64,000 nucleotides of DNA from Eledone cirrhosa. Its lineage: Eukaryota. Shown here piece by piece: positions 1 through 11,980 of the stretch. Made by a program: the position numbers and the translations under genes. Position 1 is the first letter of the stretch, and each line of letters begins with the position of its first letter. The DNA lies in NCBI GenBank assembly GCA_964016885.1, contig OZ024743.1, forward strand, positions 14,756,001 through 14,820,000. Reading direction: 5' to 3'. Under the pieces are notes generated by a model. The model had not been told where the DNA came from. It did no database searches and saw only the letters and a program-made list of their open reading frames with translations.

Positions 1-5
1 ATACG

Positions 6-8
<3 letters not shown>

Positions 9-80
<72 letters not shown>

Positions 81-81
81 G

Positions 82-112
<31 letters not shown>
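9..112. repeat. (AT)n microsatellite
   Basis: Direct reading; the YIYI ORFs here are translation artefacts. Confidence 0.95.
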
Positions 113-113
<1 letters not shown>

Positions 114-562
114 CGTAGTAGGAACCAGTAAGACCCCGACAGCTGAGCTCAAGCCGTTTCGACGGCTAATTCTGGACGCGAGTCGATAAAATAAAGTACC
201 AGTAATGCACTGGTTTATTGCTGGCCTTGTGTCAAAAGTAGAAACAATTATTTCATAATGCTTCTAACATAGTACTTCTCTATGCAATATTGGCAGAATA
301 TGAAACATAAGTGTTTTACCAATATTGCTTTCACCATCAATCTCAAAATACACAATCTTTCAATCATCTTCGCAATCCTCATTTCCAACACACAGTTTAT
401 GTATTATTATGGAGTGAGACGTGAGTCCAGAATTAGCCGTCGAAACGGCTTGAGCTCAGCTGTCGGGGTCTTACTGGTTCCTATTACCCACTCTACTACC
501 TCAAGTATTGAGTACTTTGGTGCGTTATGGTCCACCTGGTTCCTTACCACATTTCCTTCGTT
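114..562. mobile_element. (TA)n-associated short repeat present as two inverted arms (119-185 and ~415-562); possibly a Penelope-like terminal-repeat fragment with inversion
   Basis: 119-185 is the reverse complement of ~421-484. A homologous inverted-arm structure occurs at 58336-58530. Both are flanked by (TA)n. Confidence 0.5.
182..413 (+). repeat. 232-bp inverted duplicate of 1502-1733 (SINE 3' half plus unique flank)
   Basis: Reverse complement matches 1502-1733 essentially base for base. Confidence 0.9.
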
Positions 563-599
563 ATATATATACGTATGTATATATATATATATATATATG

Positions 600-653
<54 letters not shown>

Positions 654-690
654 CATATATATATATATAAATAGAGAGAGACAGAGGGGG
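563..690. repeat. (AT)n/(AG)n microsatellite
   Basis: Direct reading. Confidence 0.9.
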
Positions 691-1668
691 AAGAGGCCGG
701 AGTGCTCTGACTGTATATGTTTGACAATGTATGTATGCCTTCGAGCTTTTTAAGTCTTTGCATAATAATCAGTTGAGATTATTGGATAGAGAATCCCTGT
801 GAAACAGTCAGATGTCTCTTTTAGATGCAGTCTAGAAACTGTTTAAGCAGCAGTCTAGAAACTGTTTAAGCAGCAGTTTCCTCGTAGATCTTCGATCCGT
901 ATGACATTGTGCAGTCCAACGATCTTTTAGAAATTTCTGACATTTTGAGAGCTGAACATGTTTCTATCTGAAAAGGAGAAACCTATGCAGCTTTTTCTAT
1001 ATTGTGGTTGTGGGTATATGAGAGAAAACGATCACCTCTTACGTTAGGTAACATTAACGAGCCTTACAGGAATTTAATTGCACCATAGGATGGTTGAATA
1101 TAATATTGTTTTCATGGTTCTATATTTTGGCCATATATTTGTATTATTAATCACAATTAAATGCATACAATTAATTTGTATAAGCATTCGGATCATACCT
1201 TCTTAAAGCAATATTTCCTTCTTAAAGGAATATTTTCCGCCGAAAAGTTCCAATAAAATTGCCATATGTCAGTTGCTTTGAAGTCAAGACACATTTGTAT
1301 TTGCTTTCCAAACATGTAACAATGCTGAATTAATTGATGTTATTTTTCTCTTTATAATGTTTATGAAGTTATTTCTTCTAATTATATGTAAAATATCAGT
1401 TAATCAAAATTCCTCAAATACTTATATTGTGCATGGGAATCTGTACTATGTGAACATTTTCTATGGGGAACTGTTCATGTTCTATATTGATGGCTATTAT
1501 ATCCATAATAATACATAAACTGTGTGTTGGAAATGAGGATTGCGAAGATGATTGAAAGATTGTGTATTTTGAGATTGATGGTGAAAGCAATATTGGTAAA
1601 ACACTTATGTTTCATATTCTGCCAATATTGCATAGAGAAGTACTATGTTAGAAGCATTATGAAATAAT

Positions 1669-1848
1669 TGTTTCTACTTTTGACACAAGGCCAGCAATAA
1701 ACCAGTGCATTACTGGTACTTTATTTTATCGACCCCGTAAGGGTGAAAGGCAAAGTTAACCTCGGCGGGATTTGAATAGCAAGGGCCGTAACTCTATTCG
1801 TCAAAGCATGGCGTCCGATCCTCTACCGATTCTGCCAATCCACCGCCC
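1669..1848 (-). mobile_element. tRNA-derived SINE (full length)
   Basis: Minus strand has A-box-like TGGCAGAATCGG, a degenerate B-box, central GCCTTTCACCCTTACGGGGTCGATAAAATAAAAGTACCAG and 3' end GTAGAAACAATTATT; ~15 copies in the window. Confidence 0.9.
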
Positions 1849-1974
1849 TTCAAATGCCGCCGAGGTTAACTTCGTCTTTCATCCTTACGGGGTCGATAAA
1901 ATAAAAACCAGTAATACCAGTGTATTACTGGGTTTTATTTTCTAATCGCTGGCCTTGTGCCAAAAATAGAAACA
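1849..1974 (+). mobile_element. 5'-truncated SINE fused head-to-head with the preceding copy
   Basis: Starts at the B-box TTCAAAT and ends ATAGAAACA; the dimer is flanked by ATTATGAAATAAT at 1656-1668 and 1975-1987. Confidence 0.85.
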
Positions 1975-2511
1975 ATTATGAAATAATGTGCGCAAATATA
2001 TCTATTTTTATGTGTGCTTTAATGCTTAGTATCCATGTAGCCTGTTACCTAAAATATATTCTGATCTTCAATATTTGTTCACTTGATTAATTTGAATAAC
2101 ATAAGGTTATTTGTCATCTTTCATCAAATTTACTTTACACATCATAATGCATTTTACCCACATAGACAGTTATTTTTTCTATTCTTTCACAAATTATTTC
2201 CTTCTGTTATATTTTAGGCTGAATTTACACACTGGTAAAATTATTCGAAGTCGGCTGTTGTTACATATGTTTATATTCATTCTTCTGTTGAACAAATACA
2301 GCAAATTATATGAAATGAAAAACGCAAATATGATTTGTAAACACGTACGAAGAAATTTCGTTTATGACTTCAACTATTTCTTGCTACTTGATTTATCTTC
2401 TATCGTATACTGTTTTTCCTCTTTGACATCGCCGATATTTACTTACTTTTTTGTTTATTAAAGTGAATTATATCTTACTCTATGCAAAATGCAATATTTT
2501 CAATGTTAAGT

Positions 2512-2672
<161 letters not shown>

Positions 2673-3472
2673 CTGAAAATATCGAATAATATACACCATT
2701 TTTACCAGTATCACAAAAATACTGGTCCCCCCCCCCACACACACACACTTGTCTTAATAGGCATTTGAACTGTCAACACACTGCGGGTCGCACACATATC
2801 CCTGCTGACCATTATCACAACAACGAACCTCTTTACTACTACTACACAAACACACACACACACATAGTTGTCTTGAAAGACTTATTTTACAGTGACTTCT
2901 CAATCAGCCGAGACAAACCTACATTTGGCGCAGAATCAATTTTTAACATTCACATGACCTTACCGACCAATCAAAATTGTTTTGACCACAATCATGTTTT
3001 CATACATCTGGAACCACTTTTTTTTTACATAAAACAGGTAGAATTTCCAAAACTAATCAGATTAGAGCAAACATCACGGGCGCCCTATCTCAAAATTACC
3101 TTTAGAAATGCGCAACCGCTAAAACTTAAAACCAAAACTGAATACTAACCAATACTATTACTAATTTTTACTTATTCCTAATTAAACTATTTTTCACTGG
3201 GAACAATTTTTCAGCATTTTCTTTTCCTTTTACCAATATATATATACATACATATATAAGACCATTCATTTTTTTTTCCTCGCTTCAGGTATTTTAGAGT
3301 CAAAATATGATATTTGGTTGCTTCAATATTGGTAATGGAAAAACATTTTTCTGCTGGTGCAATCGTTCTAGTTGAAAATCATTTTTCAAATATCATTATT
3401 CAGTACATTTTAACGACTTTTCTAATTTTAATATTCCCGATAACTTTCGATTATTATTATTATGATTATTAT

Positions 3473-3653
3473 GGCGGTGAATTGGCAGTATTGGTACAAG
3501 ATGGGATATGCTTTCCAGCGTAGTTACGTCCCTTTACGATCTCAGTTCAAATCCCGCTGAGGTTAACTTTGCCGTTCATCCTTACGGGGTCGATAAAATA
3601 AAGTACCAGTAATGTACTGGTTAATTGCTAGCCTTGTGGCAAATGTAGAATCA
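3473..3653 (+). mobile_element. tRNA-derived SINE
   Basis: GGCGGTGAATTGGCAGTATTGG...GTTCAAATCCC...GTAGAATCA; ATTATGATTATTAT on both sides (TSD). Confidence 0.9.
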
Positions 3654-3659
3654 ATCATT

Positions 3660-4270
3660 ATGATTATTATGTTTTCTTTTATTTTGCTTTATGTTCATAC
3701 GAGTTATCACCAAGTCACAACCAGTGACATCAAGAGACAACAAGGCTCATCATGTTCAAGAGAGAACACATACACACATACATGTATCTTTAGGTCTTTA
3801 GGCTTGTGATGTAATTATATCGACATAATCTTCCTTATTATATGGGCAGTTCCATTTGTACTATCTTTTGTATTTCTTCTATACGCGGATTTCCTGGGAT
3901 TTGGGATAAGTAATCATTAGACCTCTTATGTATCAGCCCTGGAGCATTTGCAACCACTGGTTGTAAACATGTACGAATTTTTCAACTACCACATTTTTCC
4001 AATTTCTATCTCCAGGTCTTTATACTTGCTCAATTTTTCAAATGTTTTTATAGATACACTCTTGTATAGGAACGGATTTATCAATTAGCAGGTATTAAAG
4101 TCCTTCAGTATTATATCAGTTCTATTTGCATATAATTTTCGGTCTGTTTGAATGCTAAAGTTCCACAAAATTGAGATGTGACCATTTTCAAGTACGGAAG
4201 ATGGTTGATACACCCACCAATTAGTTTAATGGTTGCAGATCAAAATGTATGTATTTTGAAGCTCCGTCGT
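3660..4270 (-). mobile_element. Old 3' fragment of a second R4/Dong-like family (RLE domain and 3'UTR, AAT tail)
   Basis: Minus strand translates in pieces to ANRTDIILKD...EKLSKYKDLEIEIGKMW...QIPGNPRIEEIQKIV, typical of an RLE C-terminus. Confidence 0.65.
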
Positions 4271-4288
4271 ATTATTCTTATTATTATT

Positions 4289-4459
4289 TGGTGGATTGGC
4301 AGTATCGGTAGAGGGACGGACGCCACGCTTTCTAGTATAGTTACGTCCCTTTACATATTGAATACAAATCCCACCGAGGTTAACTTTGCCTTTTATCCTT
4401 ACGGGGTCGATTAAATAATGTACTGGGTAATTGCTGGCCTTGTGCGAAATGTAGAAACT
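4289..4459 (+). mobile_element. tRNA-derived SINE
   Basis: GTGGATTGGCAGTATCGGTAGAGGG...GTAGAAACTATTATT in an (ATT)n context. Confidence 0.9.
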
Positions 4460-4488
4460 ATTATTATTATTATTGAAGAAGGAGGTGG

Positions 4489-4525
<37 letters not shown>

Positions 4526-4703
4526 GAACGCGTTCATGCGGTCATTCTTCCCATTCAGTATAACCATGACCAGTCCTAGCTGAGGATCCGCCAAGGTGAA
4601 ACAATTGTTCTCGGTATGGTGAACCAACTGTTGTTACCACATCTACCTAACTCGTCCCATTAACTGAGTGCTCTACTCCTACGGATATTACCTTCCAGTG
4701 TAC

Positions 4704-4705
<2 letters not shown>

Positions 4706-4799
<94 letters not shown>

Positions 4800-4800
4800 T
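4706..4800. repeat. (CT)n(AT)n microsatellite
   Basis: Direct reading. Confidence 0.95.
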
Positions 4801-7662
4801 TTGCCTGGCTACTCCTGTTTCCGTCTATCTAGTTCAGCGGCTACAGTAGATATTTGCCTAGTTGGCCGCGCAGTGGGTCTGAACCAGGAAGCGAGTAGTT
4901 GCGTGTCAAACATTTCATTTATTTATTGATTTACTTTTCTTTTATATCTCGAAGTATATACTTATGCCAAATACGTCTAGAACACGCCGTGTTTAAGAGG
5001 TTACGAGAAACACAACATATACTAGCTTCGGCGTTTCACCAGTAACTTAGTGTTAATGGATAGCGTGTGTGAGATATGTTCTAATATGCTAATAGTTTTG
5101 TAAATGTGGAACACTACTTCCCGCTTGAGTAGTAGTAAATATCAATAATGTTTTGCTGTTGTGATAATTTGTATCGTCATTTCACAAAAACCGTTATTGT
5201 TTACTGTGGAAATTTATGATTTTACATTTTGTTAAATTCATTTCCTCAAACTATTATTTCTTGTGAGCTAATTATATCGTTGCTTGACTCATAACTATTT
5301 TCAAACACGTTGATAATCATGTTTGCAAATTTGTTTTATTTGTCAACTATTCGGTAAGATTATAATACATTTTATGTGTTGTATGACAAAAGGAAACAAG
5401 AATGAGGCATTTGCATAAATCCTTTCATTATAGAAAATTTGCAATGATTTATAATTCATTAGCTTTTAATACAGCGTAATTACGATGAATTCGTTTTTTG
5501 AAATTATTTTCTCGTTTGTTTTTAATGATTTTAATCTTTCATAAAGTAGCAATCTGAAAGAGATAACGAGGGTGAAAATAAATGCATAAGTTCAGAGATA
5601 ATATTAGAAAACGGTGAAGAGAGACATGTTATTTATCGCATTAATCTAACTAGATTTTGATGGATAACCATTATCAGCCTTCCTTATGACTGACAATGGC
5701 GATTTATAACAACAATACTTTCTAAGACCCTATATGCGAAGTGTTCACTACTAGGAAATCTTTTGTTGATATGAATGAGAACGTGCAATAAACAAAAGAA
5801 AAAAGCCCGAAACACAAAGGCTATGCGAAGATAGCAAAACCATGATAAAATATAATTGTTAGAAATAAGTATTGTATAAAGCGCTAAAACCATTTGTTGA
5901 AATTTTTAAACCAAAACAGTAAATATCACAATGAAATTTCTGACTTGTTATAATAACTTTCAAGTCATGATGACTTTTTTTATGGTTATGGTATTGATTG
6001 ATGACAGAAATTATGAAAGTCTGAATATGATGATTATTGCGTCAAATTAATTGTAAAAAATATTCTGACTTGATGTAGTCACCGAGCAGCCAGAACTGCA
6101 TATATGAGACCCATTACTGATTTTGTTTCCTCCTACGTTTCTTATTTTATAGTTAGTATTAATCTAACTTGCCATTTAACGTGCTCTGTCTTCATCACAG
6201 AGGTTAACATGCCTGTATGAGTAAACGTTCATGTACAGTATTGAGATGTAGTTACATTTAGCATTCCATGTGAGTCGTATTTGATAAACATGGACACATA
6301 TCTTCATGCATATCTACCTACCTACATAAATATATTCATACTAACATACAAGCACACATCCCAATGACCTAGCGTATATCTTCTATGTGGACACCATAAA
6401 AATAAATGCCACGAACATGAATTTTATGGTTTTCTTACAACATTCTCGTGGAAATAAAGATCATTTCTATGATCTTTGATCTATATTTGTATGTAATTGC
6501 TACACAAGTCAGAAATGAAAGTTAAACTTAATAGTATCTCGATAATTGGTCGGAATCGTTCTCAGATCTACAATGAAGAATGCTATATGTTTTTGACGGG
6601 TTGGACATATACTCTATGGTTGAAATTGTAACATTAATATTTTCAACACCCCTTTCTCGTGCTATGAAGAAGTTCTTCCTCCCGCTGATTGCCGTCTGAA
6701 TTACCCCTGCTTCCAAACCGGTGTCACGAACATTCTTCAACCTGGTTGTGGTGGTTGATGTCCCAAATCCTCCCAACCCATCAGGTTTCTAGGAAAGAAC
6801 TTTGTTAGCCATTTCATTGTGACCTGTCACATGTCGGCTTATGCGATCCTTCTGCGCCGTATGATGTTTGGCTATGATTAACATGTTACGAAAGCATGAC
6901 GCAGCATGGAAATCATAATGAAACTCTTACCTCTCGAATAAAGAATCATAACACCCGAAATTTTCTTGATGCCGTATGATGATGCCCCACAATATGTTTG
7001 ATGTGTGTATCATGTTAGTTGTGACTAATCAATTTATGTTAAAAGCAAATGTTAGTATATAATGTAGCAAATCATATGGGGCTATGTTATCAGACCGATA
7101 AAATGTGACAGTAGGTTATCTATGATGGTCCACAAACCGGTATGTTAGCGTTATCTTTCAATTTGCTGCGTTTGCATTCTGTGGATAAAGAATCACATAA
7201 AATATTTACTCCACAAACAGGACGATAGCACAGGTAAGGACATAGATAGGAAAACACACGCAAACTAAAACTGTTGAGGCTAGCCGTTTTATACAAAACA
7301 TTATGCACTAGTAAGAAAGGATAGTATTGAGGAATAATATAATAATCCTCCCAATAACATTGTGACCATAGCCTCTCAAAATATGAAAGCAATTAGGTGG
7401 AATCTTCTTGAAAATCTGTAAACAAATTATACGAGTTACAGCATATATATAATAAATTGTGCCACACAACTATATTACATGATATTTGTAAAGAATAGCG
7501 AAAGCCGAAAGGATATATGACGAACTAATGAGAAAGATACTGATGATTTACCTGCACTGTTGTATCCGTATGGTTCTTCCTTTTTTAGTGGGATCATGCG
7601 TCTGAAAGAAGGAAGGCAGAAATCTTGAGAATAGGGACTTCATAGAGCTGAGAATGATACAT

Positions 7663-7731
7663 CTCTTCTTCTTCTTCTTCTTCTTCTTCTTCTTCTTCTT
7701 CTTCTTCTTCTTCTATTCTATAATAATAATA

Positions 7732-7775
<44 letters not shown>
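7663..7775. repeat. (TTC)n followed by (AAT)n; left boundary of the retroelement block
   Basis: Direct reading. Confidence 0.95.
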
Positions 7776-7956
7776 TGTTTCTACTTTAGGCACAAGGCCA
7801 GCAATCACCAGTTCATTACTGGTACTTTACTTTATCGACCCCATAGGATGAAAGGCAAAGTCAACCTCGGCGGGATTTGAACTCAGATCGTAAAGAGACG
7901 TAACTATGCTGGAAAGCATGGCGTCCGACCCTCTACCGATACTGCCAATCCACGGC
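7776..7956 (-). mobile_element. tRNA-derived SINE in (AAT)n
   Basis: Same family as other copies; AAT repeats on both sides. Confidence 0.92.
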
Positions 7957-7985
7957 AATAATAATAATAATAATAATAATAATAA

Positions 7986-10900
7986 GGGAAGAAGACGCAC
8001 GAGGTGATAGAAGGTCATGAAATCGCTTCCGTAAGTTTTGAATTTTTAACATATTTAAATCATTTGTGAAATAACAACTCTTAGTACAAATGCTACGTAA
8101 AGCACCCGGCTTGAGCCCCCAAAAAATTCGGACCCAAAATATATTGTTATAAGGCTCAAATACTCAAATATTCAACTTTGTATTGTACATTGTTTATTCA
8201 AAAAAGAAAATAGCTATAAATGGAAGAAAAAACCCCTCCCCCTCCTCTGTCTACACTATATAGAACAGCCAAACAACACCAATCTCACCAACACCAGAAA
8301 CTTGATACACCACCTACCCCATCACCTCTCTGTGTACACTAAACACAACAGCCAGATAACGGCAATTTCACCACCACCACAACCAATCTTAACATAATAA
8401 GGATAATAATAAATACTATTATTATTGTCCCAAGTCTTAACAAACTGTTTAATCCCAACATTAAGGGAATTTAGGTCAACACACATATACGCGACTAACC
8501 CCATAGATTCACCGAACGGACATCAGTCCTTCATTGCTACCACCGCTACAACAACACCATCACTGCTGCCATCATTACTACCACTATCCCACCATCACCG
8601 CCGCCACCACTCCTTCATTGCTACCACCACTACAACACCATCACTACAGTAATACGATCACATCACCACCACCACTGCCTCGGTATCGACATCACCACCA
8701 CCACTGTCTCAGTATCGCTACCGCCACTACTGTCTCCCATTGCTTCTGCTAGTTGCTGCCACCACATTATAGAATTCCTACTAAAAAAGAGGAAGGTATC
8801 AAAATATATAGATAGACTCAAAAGAAAAAAGAAAGAACAAACATCAAAACCAAAACAGCACAGCAACAACAGCAAAAAACGAGAAAAACAAACAGAGAAA
8901 AACAAAAACAAAAAACAAAAAAAACGTAAAGAAAATAAGAATGAAGAGAGAAACAAGCGGACGGACAGAGAAGAGAAGGGAAACACAAAGACATTCGAAC
9001 ACTACATTACAATGAAACTTATGCTTATTCATTTTTGTTTTTTTTTATGCCTGTGTGTTTGTTTGTTTATTTGTGTTCGTCTACAGCGTGGTGATAATGC
9101 CACACAAGTGCCAAATGGAACGGCGCAACCACCGAAAACGGTGAATCCACAGATGGCTATGTAACCATACATTCGCCAATCCTCGATAAGAGTGTTTAAA
9201 TATCGAACCTAAACAGTTCGAATAACGGTGAAATGGAGACTAAAACGTCATGTGATAGACTCTCACCCAACAGGTGCTCCCTGGCTCAGCAGCAGGAACC
9301 TGACTGTCAACCAAATACTGCTGGTGTTGGGGGAAGAAGAAGAAGGAAAGGGGCCAGAACCAACTGGACGAAAGAATTGAATAGAACTGTTATGCAATGT
9401 TACCTGAAAAGTAACCCCAAGGAGAGGGGCTATAGGAGACGGATGCATAACATCTGGAACGAGATTGGTCTATTTAAATTAGATGAACAAAAATTGGACG
9501 GGCAGGCTCGGGTAATAAGAACTAATGGGTGGATAAGCGAGCTGGAACTGGAGGAACTGAGCAGAGAGAATAGCTTGGAGATGGAGGGTGTAGTATGCCA
9601 GACAAACGAGCCAGTGGGAAATGAAGGTGAAGAGGTCGAGAGAACGGAGGAACCACCCGAAGCAGACAATGATCTGAATACTGAGATAAATAATACCTGG
9701 AACAGAGATACGGCCACTGAGGAGATGAATGCTGACGGGCTAGGACAAGATTCGGTTGACATCCTAAATTTAGTGGTAGATGAATTGAGCAATGATAGTG
9801 GGAGACCTATGAAGCTAAGATTTGTAGACAGGAAAAAGTTAAAAGAAACAACAGCTAAGGTAAACAAAGTCATCCCATACCTTGAGGCGAGGAGCCTTCA
9901 CCAGTGCAACAATATCCTCAAAGCAACAGCACATACGGTGAGGAAACTACTTGGCATAAAAGCGAGAGGAAACAACAGACAAGAAAGAGCAGAGCCTTGG
10001 TGGAAGAAACGACTGAGTGGTCAAATCAAGGAAATGAGAAATGACATAGGAAAGCTTGAGTCACTACAGAATGGGACACTAAAAAACATAGGCACTAAAA
10101 ATAGACTGGAAATAAAGTACAAAACTAGGAGGAAAAAGCTAAATATGATCATAGAGGAACTGAAGCAACGCATTGTAGCAAAGAGTGCAAAAATCAGGCG
10201 ATACGAGAACAGAGTCAGTCAGTATAAACAGAACCGCATGTTCGACAACAACCAGAAGATGCTGTTTGGACAGCTTGAGGGGAAAGAAAGAGGCAACGAC
10301 TTGATCCCTGAGGCGGAACAAACTAAAACATTCTGGAGAGGAATATGGGAGCAGGATGTTAGACATAATGACCAGGCAGGGTGGATTGAGACAGTACAGA
10401 GGGAGATCGGTGAGCAGGCACACCAACAAACTGATTTGAGTATCACATTTGAAACTCTTAAGGGGCAGGCAAAAAAACTAACCAACTGGAAATCACCAGG
10501 CCCAGATGGTGTGCAGGGGTATTGGATTAAAAATTTAACATCCCTCCACGCGAAACAGACGGCCATGTTCAATGACTGCTTGGTGTCGGGTGAGGTGCCA
10601 GAGTGGTTGACAAAAGTACCACAGTTCTGATAATGAAAGACCGAATCAAGGGTAATGATGTTACCAACTATAGACCTATCACATGTCTGTCCGTAATGTG
10701 GAAACTGTTGACGAGCATTGTGTCTGAGGAAATCTACCATTACCTCCACACAAACAACTTGTTACCGGACGAACAGAAAGGATGCCGAAAGAAGTCACGT
10801 GGTGCAAAGGACCAGTTACTTATTGATAAGATGGTAATGGGGAATTGCAGAAGGAGACACACTGATCTTGCCATGGGATGGATAGACTACAGAAAGGCAT

Positions 10901-11922
10901 TTGACATGGTGCCTCACTCTTGGATCACCAAAAGCCTGGAGATCTTCAAGGTGGCAGATAACATCAGACAGTTGCTGGGCAGGAGTATGGGGTCCTGGGA
11001 GACAGAGTTGACATCAACTGGAGAATCCTTGGGAAGCGTGAAGATCAAGAGAGGTATCTTCCAGGGAGATAGCCTGTCCCCTCTGTTGTTTGTCCTTGCC
11101 CTGATGCCCTTGACCATTATGCTGCGAAAAGTGAGAGCAGGATACAAGTTGGGAAAGGGAGATTACCATCAATCACCTCCTCTTCATGGACGATTTAAGC
11201 TGTTCGGGAAGAGTGAGAAGAAGTTGGATGTGCTTGTTGACACTGTCCGTATTTTCAGCAGTGATATATGTATGCAGCTTAGTATTAGTAAGTGTGGAGT
11301 CATTATGATAAGGAGGGGTAGGTTGAGCAGAAGTAACGGAATCCAGATACCAACAGGTGAGATGATAAAGGAAATTGACTCTGAGGAAGCATACAAGTAT
11401 TTGGGCGTTCTGGAGGCTGATGGCATAAAGAACACAAAAATGAAGGAATTGTTAAGAACTGAATACATTCGGAGAATAAGGAGCGTATTGAAGTCACATC
11501 TGAACAGCAGAAATGCCATAAGCGCAGTAAATTCCAGAGCTGTGTCTATTATTAGGTACAGTGCGGGAATTCTGAGATGGAATGTTGCTGAACAAAAAGA
11601 AATGGATAGGAAGACTAGGAAGCTATTGACTATCTACAACATGTTCCACAAGAGGAGTGATGTCGATAGACTCTACCTAAGGAGATTTCCTCTTGACATG
11701 GTGCCTCACTCTTGAATCACCAAAAGCCTGGAGATCTTCAAGGTGTCAGATAACATCAGACAGTTGCTGGGCAGTTGCTTTTTGGAACGCTTCAAAAGGC
11801 ATGCTTGCAGGGAACAGCAAGAACCCTCCGATACGTCCTGAATATCTGAGGCTGCAGGTAGTGGCTTGATATTCATTCCAACGGACTTTCCAGTTAACCA
11901 GCATCAATGACTGAGATTCAAG

Positions 11923-11977
<55 letters not shown>
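7986..11977 (+). mobile_element. R4/Dong-clade non-LTR retrotransposon copy A (5' leader retained, internally rearranged)
   Basis: Starts right after (AAT)n; leader homologous to 23844-24877; RT motifs; 3'UTR and (AAT)n tail shared with other copies. Confidence 0.88.
9200..11715 (+). pseudogene. Copy A ORF (N-terminal domain plus RT), frameshifted, RLE region deleted
   Basis: [34 protein letters not shown]; frameshifts near 10615 and 11160; start ATG apparently mutated to ATA near 9200 relative to copy E. Confidence 0.85.

Positions 11978-11980
<3 letters not shown>

Noticed and set aside
7-763. ORFs rich in YIYI/THTH/CVCV here and throughout the window
   Set aside because: Translations of dinucleotide microsatellites
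828-878. 23-bp tandem duplication GCAGTCTAGAAACTGTTTAAGCA
   Set aside because: Two copies with no spacers; ordinary slippage, not CRISPR-like
1669-1848. tRNA gene call for the A/B-box sequences
   Set aside because: No complete cloverleaf; continues into SINE body and tail, with TSDs
4840-4910. Possible remnant of another SINE family
   Set aside because: Too short and degenerate to support
9170-9235. Firm HDV ribozyme call
   Set aside because: P1, P3 and the catalytic C cannot be assigned; kept only as a weak structural candidate
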